A DNA stretch of 64,000 nt from assembly GCF_009834535.1 (NCBI RefSeq), contig NC_045696.1, positions 57,972,001 through 58,036,000 of the forward strand, in the 5' to 3' direction. Position 1 is the first letter of the stretch; every line of letters begins with the position of its first letter. The position numbers and the translations under genes were made by a program. Positions 44,011 to 57,640 of this stretch are shown piece by piece. The notes beneath the pieces are model-generated. The model made no database searches. It saw nothing but the letters and a program-made list of their open reading frames with translations, and had not been told where the DNA came from. Source of the stretch: Camelus ferus. Lineage: Eukaryota.

Positions 44011-45155
44011 GAAACCTCTAAGAGTGATGGATCATAAACTATTTATCCTTTAAAACCAGGACTCATGCCTTGCCAGGTAGACAGTCAGCCATGAGAGTGA
44101 TTTGAAAATGTCATAGTTTCCCACATTTGACCATACATTCCCATAACTCACCTGCTATCACGCCTGAAATTCTCACCTTAATAGCTCTCCTCTGATTAAG
44201 ACATTTTCTCTGGAGTGAATAAATTCCTGGCAAGAAATCAGAGGCAGGTAATATTGATCACCAGCATGAGGATGTTAAAGGGATTAGTGCACCGGAAGAG
44301 CTGTCTGTACCTAGAAGACAGAAGCCTAAAATGAAGTTAGGCTGGAGAAGCTGGAAAAGCCCAAGGAGGCTGCCTGGGAGGGGAGGGGAGGTGGGACACC
44401 AGAGGGGCAGGGAGTGCCTGGGTGACAGAGCTTACCAGGAGGGCAGGGTGGTGGCAGACAGGGACCCACTCTCCTCCTCCATTTTGCTGGAACCCTGCCT
44501 TACTTAGGGTATGAAAGGGCAATGCCTTAAAACAAGCCCTGTAATTTCCAAGTGCTCAAGAGCTTTCAAGGTCCTGAGAAATTTTCATCCTTTCACATCT
44601 CCACACATCTGAGAATACATTGCTTTTACCTCCCTGAAAAATTAATCTGGTTGAATGAACATATATGTAAATTGCTATTCTGGACAGTAGAATGGGGGTT
44701 CAGAGATCTGGACACTGACTGCTTGGGTTCAAATCTTGGGCAAATCTTGGGTGATCTTAGTCTACTGACCTTGATTTCTCCGTGCCTCTCTTTAATCTGT
44801 GAAATGGATAAACCAGCACCTCATAGGCTTGTAAATCAGGTCGGGGGAGGGATTAAGAGTTAAGCTCACAAGCTTGTTTTGAGAACTGAGTAGATAAACC
44901 CAGCTTTTAAACAGCATCCAAAACACTCAACAATGTAGTTGTTGAGTTAAAGAATCCTGATTGTAAAAAAAAAAAAAAAAAAAGAGCCTGTCACAGTCCC
45001 AGTGAATGAAACCAGCTAGACTGAGGGAGCTGGACTTGGCAGGAATCCACAGCTTTTTCTGATGTCAGTTATTTTCATTTCTCAGTAATCAGATGGTCAC
45101 TTCCGGTAAGTAATGTGCTGTGTGTGTTTCGTTTTCTTCCTTTTTTTTTCCCCAG

Positions 45156-45323
45156 CTGCACAGCCTCACAGAGATTATATAATTACACAAGGTGGATACT
45201 TAATGTACAAGATAATAACTCATGTTCTTGGGGAAAATGATGTCATGAAAATGGTTTCCATTGTTCTAAAAGAGTGTAAACAGCGGAAGTACACATCTGT
45301 TTCCCTTCCAGCCATTGGAACAG
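45156..45323 (+). pseudogene. PARP15: PARP15 macrodomain exon (AAQPHRDYIITQGG...KYTSVSLPAIGT), donor mutated
   Basis: Resembles human PARP15 AAQPHRDFIITPGG...EQRKYTSVSLPAIGTG; strong acceptor; exon ends CAG|atttgt instead of GT. Confidence 0.9.
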
Positions 45324-46829
45324 ATTTGTAGCCTCCTGACACTCAGAGATTCTGAATAACCCAGACTCCTTTAGACTTAGTCTCACTAAGCATTGTTAAT
45401 GAACTCAATGCTGAGTCCAGGCAGCAACCTGTAAAGCAGAGAGTGGGCAACCTTTTAGACCCTGAGGGCCGGCAATGGGACCAATGCCTCTTTTATCCAT
45501 CTTTCCTCTTTATTTTGTGTTCCTTAAGTTCTTTCATATTTGGCCCCTTAACTTCATGGTTTTCTCACTCTTCATCTTTTCCCTTTGGGGGAGTCGTTTG
45601 CTCTTACTATCTCAGTTACTATTTCTGCCCTGACTCCCGAATCAGCATTTCTAGCCGCCTCCAGGTTCTCTTTGAGGGACTTCTCTGTTACCATAAACTT
45701 CATATCAGGATCCAAACTTGTCATCATCTCTTGCAAATAGCCACCCCTCTTGACTTGTCTCATTTCCTACTTTCCTCCTCCTGTGGTGCCACGATGCTTC
45801 CAGCTGTCCTGCCACCCTTGCTTCTTTGTGCCCCCAGACACCCTACCTCTACCGCTAGTCAGCAAATCCTACTAAATCTTATCCCACGGGATTTTCAGTT
45901 TCAGCCTTCCTTTTAGTTTCCAAACCCTTAATCCCTCCCCCATCTGATTTACTGCAGTGTCTCCCACTGGCTCCTCATTCATGCGTTCATTGAATAGCAT
46001 TCAACTGAAATGCTATTACCCTAGGGGATACAATCACGAGTAGGAGACAGTCACTCTCCTGTAGCTCAGGTTCATCCTGCTCAATTTCTGGGAACACTGT
46101 CCTCATCACCTCTATCATATCACCTAATAATTTGCTCTTAGTTGAAGATGATGCTAATGACCACTCCTGATTCATTCGCATCCAATTGCATAGGCTTTTT
46201 AAAAGGCCCCGAGAGGTACCCTAATGCTTTCACATGGTTTTATGATTTAGTAGCACCTCAAAAGTAAGATATTTTAAGCACCACGGGTTAAGACCACTCT
46301 TTTCTTCCCACTTTGACTTCTCAGACCTCTCAAACTTCCCTTGGGTGTTGGAGTGGTCATAAGCATTTTGGGAATACAGCCAAGGAAAGGTGTATATGGG
46401 AATATTGGGAATAGGATTTTCAACATTTTGAAATGTATACTTTGTTATGATTTCATTTCTGATTCTAAATACTCACTTTTATACGTAAGTGTATGTTTGT
46501 AATTTTGTATTCTTTTTCTGAGGTGTATAAATTTCAAAACCTGTGAAACTTGGACTCACCTCGACTGTTAGTTTCCCCATTTTGCAAATAAGAACTTGAA
46601 GTATTAAAGCACCAGGTCATACAGCTAGTAAGCAACATATGTGGCTTCAGACCCAGGCAGCCTGGCCTGTACGTTCCAGCCATTACATTTTTTCACATTA
46701 TGTGTGTTTTTTTTTTAACCGTTATGCCCTTAATTACTATATTCTTAGCTACCACATTCTTATCTCTATTATCTATTACCTTCTATTATCACCCCAATTT
46801 TATAGCTGAGTAAACCGAAATTTAGAGGT

Positions 46830-47215
46830 ATTGTGGGCTGAAGTGTGTGCCCCTCAAAATTCAGATATTGAAGTCCAAACCCCCGGTGCCTCAGACTATG
46901 ACTGTGCTTGGAGATAGGGTCTTCAAAGCAGTAGTTAAGTTAAAATGAGTTGTTAGCTGGCCCTAACCCACATGACTGGTGTCCCTGTTGGAAGAGGAGA
47001 TTAGGACACCAGTAGATATTGAGGGAAAACCATATGAAGACACAGGGAGAAGACAGCTATCTAGAAGCTTAGGAGAGAGGCCTTAGAAGAAAGAAATCTT
47101 TTCAACATCTTGATCTCAGATTTCTAGCCTCCGGAGGTTGTGAGAAAATGAATTTTTGTTGCTTAAGTCACCAGTCCATGGCATTTTGTTATGGCAGCCC
47201 TAACCAACGAATGTA
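46830..47215 (+). mobile_element. MaLR MLT1-type LTR
   Basis: tgtgggctgaagtgtgtgcccctcaaaattcagatattgaagtcc...ttgttatggcagccctaacc. Confidence 0.75.
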
Positions 47216-47829
47216 AGAGGGATCAGATGACTTACCCCAGATCACGCAGCTGGCCAGTGGAGAGCCAGGACATAAACCCAGAGCTTCTGCATCCACATCA
47301 CATGTTCTTTTCTCTGGACTACATGTTCTTTTCTCAGCAAGAGGTTGTTAGAAAGGCCTTATTAATGAAAAAACTTAATTGAATGGATGAACTTAATTCC
47401 TTAGAAATCCAGAAGAGAGAGACTCCCACAGAAGGGACAGAATTTAAAAGAGAAGATGCTTCATTATGTTAAAGCTGTTGAGACCACAAGAACCTCTCTT
47501 CAACTGTTTACCTAATATCTGCAACTTTCTTGGCTCTTGTCCTCCTATCATACCCATTTTGAAACACCCTGACTTTGGATTAATTCCATAACCTACTGTC
47601 TCTCCTGCTGCTCCTGGATAGAATCATTGCTAATTCATGGTCCCCAACCTCAGCTGGACTTCACGTGCCTGGAATCCCTCATTGCTTCCTCCAGTCAACT
47701 CCCTCATGCAGTTCCCATTTCAGCCCTCTCCGCGACGCCTTCATCACTCTCAGCTAAACAGCTTTCCCTCCTGCTTTTATTACTTGTCTTCTCCTCAACA
47801 TCAGTTACAATTAACCACTCCATTCTTCT

Positions 47830-48505
47830 CATTTATCTATTTATTTTCAATTATTTTAAAAAACTAAGATATAATTGATATATATTAGTTTCAGATATAT
47901 AAGATCATGATGTGATATTTGTCTATATTGCAAAATGATCACCACAATAAGTCTGGTTAATATCAGTCCCCATACAGGGTTAGAAAACCTTTGTTTCCCC
48001 TTGTGATGAGGACTTTTAAGATCTGCTCTCTTATTGTCTTTCAAATATGCAATATGGTATTATTGACTATAGCCATCATGCTGTACTTTATACTTTATAC
48101 ATGCTGTTTTATAACTGTGAATTTGTAGCTTTTGGTGCTCTTCACCTGTTTTACTCACCTCCCCCCACCACCCTTCACCTCTGACAGCCACCAATCTGTT
48201 CTCTGTATCTATGACCTTGGGGTTTTGTTTGTTTGTTTATTTATTTATTTGTTTGTTTGTTTTTGGATTCCACATATAAGTGAAATCATATGGTATTTGT
48301 CTTTCTATGTCTGACTTATTTCACTTAGTATAATGCCCTTAAGATTGATACATGTCATAATTGGCAAGATTTCATTCTTTTTATGGCTGAGTAATATTTC
48401 ATTTTATATATACCACATCTTCTTTATCCGTTCATCCATCAATGGACACAGATTGTTTCCATTTCTTGGCTATTGTAAGTTGTGCTGCAATGAATATGGG
48501 GATGC
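47830..48505 (-). mobile_element. Antisense LINE-1 3' end
   Basis: ttccacatataagtgaaatcatatggtatttgtctttct...catcttctttatccgttcatccatcaatggacac. Confidence 0.8.
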
Positions 48506-50404
48506 ACCCCATGCTTCTTGAACCTCTCTTCTTCCTTTTTTCTAGAATATCTTTCTCTCAGACTTCCTCCTCCCTCCCTAGAGAGGTTATTTGTCTAGAA
48601 AGACATACCTTTCATATGCTTTCACATTCCATATGTATTCTTCTAACTCATCCCTTATCACTTCTGAGGGGAAGTGATTTCTTGTCTTTCTTCCCAACTA
48701 AACTGAAATTTTCTTGAGGGCAGAGACCAAACACAGTGCTTGATACATAGAAGATGGTCATTAAATGATTATTGAATGTATGTTAAATTCATTTTCTAGA
48801 AGGAAGGAGAATCAGTGGAGAATGATATTTTGAAAAAGTGTTATAGAAGAACAAAATTTTGAGGAGGCTATAGTTCATGATTTGAAATGCTACTGAGGGT
48901 CTAGAAAGAAATAGTCATTAGATTAGGCAACTATGAGGTGATTTGTGACCATAATCGGAGCAATGCAGAAAGAACTGTTATTGGGAAGAAGCCCATGAAA
49001 TGGGTTTGGAGATCAGAAGAAGTTAAGGAAATAATTATTGAATGATTTCAAATTTTTGAGTAGGAATTTGAATGTCACTGAATCTCCTGGAATTCCAGGG
49101 AATATATGAGGTAAACATTTTTATATTAATTCTAAGTTCTCTTTGAATCTGCCCTTTGGAAACTGTTTGAATCTGCCCTTTGGAACTCAGGGAAGGTCAA
49201 GGAGGCTGAATTAAGCCTATTTCCTACAAACAAGAAACGAGGGACACAGAAAGGGACACATTTGTACCGGGAGGGCCCCACAGGATCCTGCTCCATTTCA
49301 CCAGTATTGCTAAGAGAGCGCTCTAAAATGGAGCTGGGAAGCCATTGAGGAAGTGGGACTTATGCATATCTCAGCCTGAATAGAATCTGAACTTTTGACC
49401 ATTTATTGTCTTAAACACAGGCATTCGGAACAGCTGCACACTATTCTAGAAACTCAAGATACTTATCAGACCCTTACACTAAATAACTCATGATAGCCTT
49501 TTCCTTAAGGACAAATATTACTTTGCACATCGGAGCCAATCACAATTCTGGCAAGACAACTTAGAACAATCTTGTGGTGTTTGCCCTTATAAGCATCTGA
49601 CTCTCTTCCCCAGAATACCCTCAGTTTTACCTGAATCTATGTCTCCCCAGTTACATGTCCTAGGACCCCCAAATAAAGTTCTTTGTTCTTTGCAGCCTGG
49701 ATGATTGTTGTTTGACATGTTTACCATTATGTTGAAACATGTAAAAATTCTGCTCTTTTATGTTATGAATCCTAAATTTCTGTTCTTCCCTGAATTATAT
49801 CTGTAGCCCTTAATGTGTTCTAGGTTCTAATATTCCCTTTTTGGGGGGCCGGGGGGTGGGGAATGTCTTTTTTTCCCCATTTATATTGAATTTTTAAAGT
49901 TTTGTTGACCCCATACTTGTTCATTTTAAGTTGCTGATTTTGTGTTGGTATCTTCCTTATCTCAGGCACTTTAGTTGGCATTTTGTTGGAGTTAATATGA
50001 AAGAAATACCAACCTGCACTATAAACTACAAAGGCCCACAGAGAAGCGTTTTCATTATTATTTTTTTCTTTATTGGCAGAAAGTTTGTTCTTGCTAGCAG
50101 CATGTTTTGTTTTAAAATTTTGTCTTTGAGCCCAGTTTCTGACAAGGAGTTCCTACATACCTTGAACTTCCTGGGTGTGGCAATGTCTTTTGTTCTAATG
50201 AGGCAACTCTGGGTGGGCTCCTGGATGGAGACTGGCTGCAAGAAAGACCAAGCCATGATTAGAAGCTTGGAACTTTCCATCCCCGATTCTCCAGGTAGGA
50301 GTGAGGGGCTGGAAACTGAGTTAACAATCATTCATGCCTACACGATGATACTTCCATAAAGAGGCAAGGTAAATGTATTTGACTACGTTAGCATTTTAAA
50401 ACTT

Positions 50405-50940
50405 GTGATTCAGGGTTAAGGTGACTACATATATGCACCTGAAGTGGATGGAAAGGGGGCAAGGCACAACCATTGAAGGAGTGACACAACAATTGAGGAC
50501 AGGACATAACTGGTTAGAACCAAGATGGCAGAATATTCGACTTCCAGTAGACCTTGAGCCTCATAATACACCAACAGGTGCCATGGCAGTTCCCAGGCTG
50601 ACCATAAAGGGTCAGAAAGTGGGCAGGGGGACGTTTCCTGGAAATCCTTGCCCCTTCCCCAAAGTCATTGAAATAATCCTCCTACTCATTAGCATATGAA
50701 ATTGCCAAGCCCATAGAACCTAAAACTCTGCACCTCCTGGTCACTCTCACTGTCCTCTCTCTCTTGCCTTCTGAGATGGGCCACACTCTGTCTATGTAGT
50801 GTGTATCTCCTAAGCCATTTTCCCTTCTGAAGGAGACAGATTGCACTCTGTCTATGGAGTGTGTCTCTCTAAATAAACTTGTGTTCACTTTACCATGCCT
50901 TGCTCTTGAATTCTTTCCTGTGTGAGGCAAGAACATCCCT
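50405..50940 (+). mobile_element. ERV solo-LTR-like element
   Basis: ccaagatggc, internal duplicated cactctgtctatg..tgtgt.tct block, AATAAA then ttgaattctttcctgtgtgaggcaagaac LTR-type 3' end. Confidence 0.6.
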
Positions 50941-51039
50941 AACACATCTAATTTTGGTTCCTCCCTAAACCCTAGGAAAACCACAATAAAGGTGTTTAAA
51001 TGGACACATAAACCCTTAAGAACAGGGAGAATATTTAAC

Positions 51040-51074
51040 ACAACAACAACAAAAAAAAAAAAAAAAAAAAAAAA

Positions 51075-51110
<36 letters not shown>

Positions 51111-51120
51111 AAAAGAAAAG
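51040..51120 (+). repeat. (CAA)n-(A)n-(GAAA)n compound microsatellite
   Basis: Read directly. Confidence 0.95.
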
Positions 51121-52849
51121 GGAGAATAGAAGGTGACAGCAAAAACATTTTTAGCAACCAACAAGCAAATGGATCAGTAATAATAACTATAGATAGCTCA
51201 CCCATCCTAGGTGACCAGCCACTGGTTAGAAATAAAACACTTCATAGAATTCATGTAGTTTTAATTTTATGTGGGAAAATAAATGGGCAAGAACATCAGA
51301 GTACTCCAGAGTCAAAAGGGGTCATGAGCAGAATTTGTCCTGGCAGACATTGAACCCTTTGAGACCCTTGGTATGTATATAAGAATATCAACAACAAGAA
51401 TATTAAAAAACCCATACCTTCCACCATACTTGCCAAAAAATTCCAGGTGGATTGAAAGCTCAATACTTAAAAATATAAACAGATATACTCCCATGTATGT
51501 GAACAGTCTAGCCCTGGGAGAAATCACTTTTTGACTGCTGATGGAATAGAAATGAAAAAAAGATGGACAGGTTTGTTACTTAGATAGTTTTAACTTTGAT
51601 GGAATGAACATCAATAAAGCTGAGATTTAAAAATTCAGAAGAATAGAGAAAATGTTGGCCCATAAACACGAAAGTTCAAAAACTGAAAAGTATAAAAGCT
51701 CATATCAATGGGCAAAAATATCAACTGTCCATTAAACAAATGATTAAAAGACAGTTCATATAAGAAGAAACATGATTTTAAATCATGGTTTTTAAAATAT
51801 TCAGTCCACCTTGTTGGTAAAAATGGAACCTACTGTTAAGTTTCATTTTCAACCTAAAAATAGAATTAGAAAAACTTTTGAAAAGTGATAAAAACCCAAA
51901 GCCTGCAAGGCTTCAGGAAAGCAGAGCGGCTCATGCATTAATGATAGTAATGTAAATGAAGCCAGTTTTTCCCAAGGGCAAAATGATGCTTTATTGAAAG
52001 AATCATAAATTTGCCTAACCCCTGACCAAGTAATAGAATTTATCCTGAGGAAAGAATGTTTAATAAAAAACAAAAAGTGTACATATGCAATGTTTATTTT
52101 ATGATAGTAAAACACTGGAAGATAGCTAAGATGCCAACAATGCCAAAATACAGAAGCTAACTTTGGTATATCAAAATGATATACTCAAAATATAAAGATG
52201 ATACAGGAAATAGAAAACATTTGGTAAAATCAATATATTATTGGTCAACTACATCTCAGTTTAAAAAATGTTTTGGTTTTAAAATATAAGAAGGTAAAAT
52301 GAAAATGTTTAGGGTGAAATGAACCTGTTTCCCAGTGAGATGGATTAGCCAGTGACAGACCAGCACTCCCACTTAAAACAACTAGAAAATCAAAACAAAA
52401 ATTAGTATAGTGATATATAAAAGATATAAAAATGATACAGGGGAATAGAAGACATTTGGCTAAATCATAAAAGGAAGAATACCAGACTGCGTTTACATCA
52501 GAACTTTAAAAGAACCCTGAGTATGCAGACATAAAGGAGCCATAAGCACAGATAGAGGGAACGTTTCTAGTTGGGTTAAGATCAACAGACTTGTGAATTA
52601 TTCCGTAAAGGTGTTAAAATTCAATTTTGAAAGAATTTACTATTCCTCTAATGAGAACAGGATTTTCTTTGCAGGACACTGAACTGGCTTATTAAAGAAA
52701 TACAGTTCATTGCTGCCCCCCTGACTGGACAGATGGAAAGATGATGATGTTTCACTTTGGTTCTGTGAACTTCACTGCAGCTATATTTACATAGAGAAGA
52801 GGTCAGACATAAAGGATGATCCAGTGGCTTGCCCTAGTCTAGGGGACTG

Positions 52850-53460
52850 TTCTGTAAGGAGGAAAAATAGCTTCCTTCTACCTTTCTGAGTATTTGGCTG
52901 AGACCCCTGTAATAAAAGCAGATTAACAAAAGACAGACAAACAGAAGTTTATTACATGTATACCTCATGTGCATGTGGGAGATACCCAGCGAGATTGCAT
53001 AATTAGGGTGAATAACCCGAGGTGGCTTAGAATCCAGACTTAGATACCATCTTAACAGGGAAAGTGGAAAGGGATGTAGGTCTCTGAGGGGAGAGTAAAT
53101 GATTTTTAGGACAGATGAAGGGCCCTTAAAAGGGTAGATGAGAGGTGTGATAGTTTGTGACAAAGTGTGTCTGGGTGTGGTGTCGACCTCTAGTCAGTCT
53201 CCTCTCCTGCAACAAGAGTTGATCTTCCCGGGCTGATGAAACTCTGGAGAGGGGATTTATGACAACTGAGTTCCCTTTGGAGTGTCTGTCTTTAGGCAGA
53301 TCAGGGGAGTTCAGAGAAAGCGTCTCCCTGCATTTGCTGTTTTATATGTCCTAACAGCTCAAAATTATCCAGATACCAAAGCAGCATATTTTGAGGGTGG
53401 CATGCCCTGAACTCCTACAGTCATACTTTGGGGTGGCATATTCTGCCACCCTTTAGTTAC
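52850..53460. mobile_element. ERV LTR-like element
   Basis: ctgagacccctgtaataaaagcagattaacaaaagac...tttggggtggcatattctg. Confidence 0.55.
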
Positions 53461-53559
53461 AACTGAGACAGTTAACAAAAAGAATGTTTCCTAGGAATTG
53501 AGCAGAAAGGAACTGTTAGGTACTAGCCACATGCCAGAAAAGAAATTTGAGAAGTGGGA

Positions 53560-54000
53560 TTGCACTGGGTAGAACTGTGTCCCCCAAAAGATATGCTGAA
53601 GTCTTGACCCCAAACTCATAACTGTAACATTTGGAAACAGGGTCTTGGCCGATGTAATCAAGCTAAAATGAACTCATACTGTATTAGGGTAAACCCTAAT
53701 CTGGTGTCCTTTTAAGAAGATGGATGTTTGGACACAGGCAAATATCAGGAAGACACTGTGTGACAACGGAGGCAGAGACTGGAATGATGCAGCTGCAAGC
53801 CAAGGATTGGGGGCAACCACCAGAAGCTTGGAGAGAGGCATGAGACACTTCCACCCTCAGAGCCTCCACTAAGAACCAACCCTGCCAACAACTTGATTTC
53901 AGACTTCTGGCTCTAGAACTGTGAAAGAATAAATTTCTTTTGTTTCAAGCTACCCAGTTTGTGGTACTTTGTTACAACAGCCCTAGGAAATTAATACAAA
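53560..54000 (+). mobile_element. MaLR MLT1C-like LTR
   Basis: tgtcccccaaaagatatgctgaagtc...gcagctgcaagccaagga...cagccctaggaaattaataca. Confidence 0.8.
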
Positions 54001-54153
54001 GACTAAAGGTGTACCATCCAGTAGAAATACTAATTAAAACAAAAAAACTGACTACAGCTGACTACTGGCTTCCAAGGCAGTGGCAAAATCCATGATTCAT
54101 TGTTTTTAGGAAAGCACTTTATGTGGAATCCCCATCACTGTCATAGTCTAGGT

Positions 54154-55204
54154 CAGGGCTTGGTAAACCACGGTCTGCAGACCCAGTCCACCTCACGGCC
54201 TGCAAGCCAAGAATGGTTTTTATATTTTTAATAGTTGCAGAGTAAAAAACCAAAAGAGAAATAGTGTTTCATGACATGTGAAAATTAAACGAAATTCAAG
54301 TTTGTGTGTCCATAATAGTTTTATTGAAACATAGCCACACTCCTTTATGCATGTACATTCTATGGCTGCATAAGGGCAAAATGAATAAAAAAATTTTAAT
54401 TAATTTGCTCAGGTGTTATAAAAGTAAGAAATCTCCACTCCACTTTCTGATTCAGCTTTGGAAAATTTGCAATCGTTAATTCTTTCCCTGCCCCTTTAAA
54501 ATATACATTAATCTTTTTGAAAGCTTAAAAAAAAAAAAAAAACCCTCTGGCCAGTTTTACAGCCCAGGACTGTTTTCTCAACAATCTGGGAACCATCTCT
54601 TTGAAATGCAATCATTAAGAAAGGTGGAACCCCATCTCCCAGTTTCCCTGGGAGGGTGGGAGCCTAACTTCACCAGGCTTCGGTCTCCAAGTTGTAACTA
54701 CCTACCTGTCATAGAGATAGCAGAACTTGTATTATTCTTCTGGATAAAGGCAATTAGCTAACACAGATGGACACCCCAATTACCAGGTGAGTTTGGGATG
54801 AACTATGTGTAACAAAAGGTGCTGTCAAGTCCTCTTACTTGAGGACTAGTTATCATTCTTCTTGAGAGCATGTGTCATGGCCTGTATCTGCCTGGCTATA
54901 CATATAGGTGAGATTTCTCTCCGTTTTAGCACCCCTTTAGTGGATTGCCTGTGATGAGCACCACATTCTGGTTTAATACTTAATCATTAACTTTTTCTTT
55001 CTTTCTACTCTCTTTCTTTCTCTTCTACTTTGTGGAACAGTTTTCTGGGTTGGCAGAAGATATGTTTTTTAATGATATTTCCCCCAACAGTTGCTTCTGG
55101 TCCATGACAGCAGAATTGAGGAGCTGCCGAAGAGACCATATGGCCTGCAAAGCCTAAAATATTTGCTATCTTGCTCTTAATAGAAAATTTTTGCTGCCCC
55201 TCTG
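54154..55204. mobile_element. hAT MITE (MER58-like) split by a nested ERV LTR (about 54414-55089)
   Basis: 8-bp TSD gtctaggt at 54146-54153 and 55205-55212; MER58-like halves on either side of a TG...CA element. Confidence 0.7.
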
Positions 55205-55908
55205 GTCTAGGTGACAAGGTGTGGGTGCAAGATATTAGAAAAGCTGAATCATTCAGTATAATAAAGTGAGAGGAATTTGAGGTTTGTGTGGGTGACTCAA
55301 AGAAAAGTGATCAAGGCTGAGGACGTCGGGACGGGGTGGAGGAGGAAGTGGATTTTAGGGCAAGGGGTTGCAAACCCAATTGTCTAGTGGGGGCTAGAGG
55401 TTAATGTCAATGAATGAAGTGAGCCAAATGGAACTTTCAGTGAACAGAAGCCAGGAGTTGGCTGATCCTGGCTCCACTTGATTGCTGACATGTGAGGGAA
55501 TAAATCAAGTGTTGGGAACTGGTCCAACTTTTTCCCAAGAGAAGCTGGAAATCTGAGGTTTATATGGTAAACTCACACTGTTCCAATGTTAGCATCTAAT
55601 TCAATTTTCAAAAGCAGGTCGTAGGCAGGCTTCAGTTGGGTGGCTACCAACTTTTAACTGCTGATCTAGCACTTGTGGGAAGACCTCTCCATATTAACAC
55701 TGAGTGAGGAGATGGTTTAGATAGGAAATGGCTGATAAATTCCTGGAAATACTTAGGAATGACATTGACCTAGGAGTTGATTCCTGCACTGAGATATAAC
55801 TAGTCCAAATCTTCAGTGAATGTGCCAGTGATGATTTGAGGGAAAGAAAGAAGATAGTGTCTTTAACACAGGAGCAGCGTGGAAACAGGAGCTAAGAAGC
55901 AGATTTCA

Positions 55909-56740
55909 TGCAAATCAAAACTACAATGAGGTATATCATCTCACACCAGTCAGAATGGCCATCATTCAAAAGTCCATGAATGATAAATGCTGGAGAGGGT
56001 ATGGAGAAAAGGGAACCCTCCTACACTGTTGGTGGGAATGCAGTTTGGAACAGTCGTTATGGAAAACAGTATGGAGATTCCTCAAAAACTAAAAATAGAC
56101 TTACCATATGAGCCAGCAATCCCACTCCTGGATTATACCCAGGGGGAACCTTAATTCACATGCACCCCAATGTTCGTAGCAGCACTATTTACAGTAGCCA
56201 AGACATGGAAACAACCTAAATGTCCATTGACAGATGACTGGATAAAGAAGCTGTGGTATATTTATACAATGGAATACAACACAGCCATTAAAAATAATAA
56301 AATAATGCCATTTGCAGCAACAAGGATGGACCTGGAAAATGTCATTCTAAGTGAAGTAAGCCAGAAAGAGAAAGAAAAATACCATATGATAGCACTTATA
56401 TGTGGAATCTTTAAAAAAAAAAAAAAGACAAACAAACTTGTAAATTTACAAAACACTCAGAGACGTAGAAAACAAACTTATGGTTATTGAGGGGGAAGGG
56501 GATGGGAAGGGATAAATTGGGAGTTTTAGATTTGCACATACTAACTAATACACATAAAATACATAAACAACAAGTTTATACTGTATAGCATATTCAATAT
56601 CTTGTAGTACCCTATGGTGAAAAAGAATACAAAAACAAATACATGTATGTTCCTATATGACTGAAGTGTTGTGCTATACACCAGAAATTGACACAACATT
56701 GTAAACTGACTATATTTCAATAAAATTTTTTTTTTAAAAA
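55909..56740 (+). mobile_element. 5'-truncated young LINE-1 (ORF2 C-terminus + 3' UTR)
   Basis: MFVAALFTVAKTWKQPKCP...DWIKKLWYIYTMEY peptide; AATAAA and tail; 15-bp TSD aagaagcagatttca at 55894-55908 and 56741-56755. Confidence 0.93.
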
Positions 56741-57044
56741 AAGAAGCAGATTTCAATCTGGAAAAGTGCAGTCCCCCTGAAAAGAGCTATATTGGTGAGG
56801 GAACTTCCCACAGTACAATGGATGGGGACTTGAGATATTTTATTTGGACAGTAAGTAAAGAATAATCCAAAACAGGATATAATTTGGGAACTAGAGTACC
56901 AGCACAGAGTAAGTCCTAAATAAATGTTGGCTTTTGTAATCAGCCATTCTTTGGGGGACTACAAATGAAAACAGGATCACTTGGCCCGGCAACATCAGCT
57001 GGGACAGAAATAAACAAAGGGAGCTCAAAAGGAAAAGATTAGGC

Positions 57045-57640
57045 GTATGTGGTGGCTTTAAATATGTCATCAAATTCTTATCAACACTCCTCCTGGGAGG
57101 AAGTGGAGTCTATTTCTCCTCTCCTTGAATGCGCACTGGTCTTAGTGATTCGCTTCTAACGAAGAGAATGCTGGAGAAGTGGTGCTGCATAACTTTTGAG
57201 GGCAGGTCATAAAAACACAATACAGTATTAGTCTCGCTCTTCTCTCTCTTTCTCTTCTCCCCTGTCCCTCTCGACATGCCTTAGGAGCCAGGCTGCCACC
57301 TTAGAAGTCCAGCTACCCTGAAGCTGTCATGCTGGAAAGACTACATGGTGAGCCTACATATTGATGGAGATGCCAGAGGAGCCCCAACTTTTCCAGCCCT
57401 CAGCTGTTTGAGTTGTTTCAGTTTAGGCACCGGACGTGTTTGAGTAAAATAGCCTTTGAGATGACTCCAGCCTCCCCTACAGTCGGACTACAAGCACACG
57501 AGAGACCTTGAGGGAGATTGCCCACATGAGCCCAGCCAACCCCCAGAATCTTGAAAGATAATAGTAATAAGTGAGTGTTGTTGTTTTATATCACAATATT
57601 TTGGGGATGGTTGTTAAACAGCAAAAGACAACTAGAATAA
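57045..57640 (+). mobile_element. MaLR MLT1-type LTR
   Basis: tgtggtggctttaaatatgtc...ttttggggatggttgttaaacagcaaaagacaactagaata. Confidence 0.65.

Larger units (their letters stand above)
31149..45323 (+). pseudogene. PARP15: PARP15 pseudogene / decayed PARP14-like duplicate
   Basis: Syntenic position between DTX3L and PARP14; six collinear exon remnants, some with stops, frameshifts or a mutated donor; no ART catalytic exons recognised. Confidence 0.85.

Noticed and set aside
49142..49185. Direct repeat tttgaatctgccctttggaa x2
   Set aside because: Only two copies, a small local duplication at the edge of an LTR fragment; not a CRISPR-like array
52660..52830. Acceptor-like ttttctttgcag followed by IKEIQFIAAPPDWTDG..FGSVNF, faintly like PARP15 segments
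   Set aside because: The short matches point to different, non-adjacent parts of the protein and give no consistent alignment; cannot be separated from chance by eye
56170..56490. 106-aa ORF as a host gene
   Set aside because: It is the C-terminus of LINE-1 ORF2 in a truncated element
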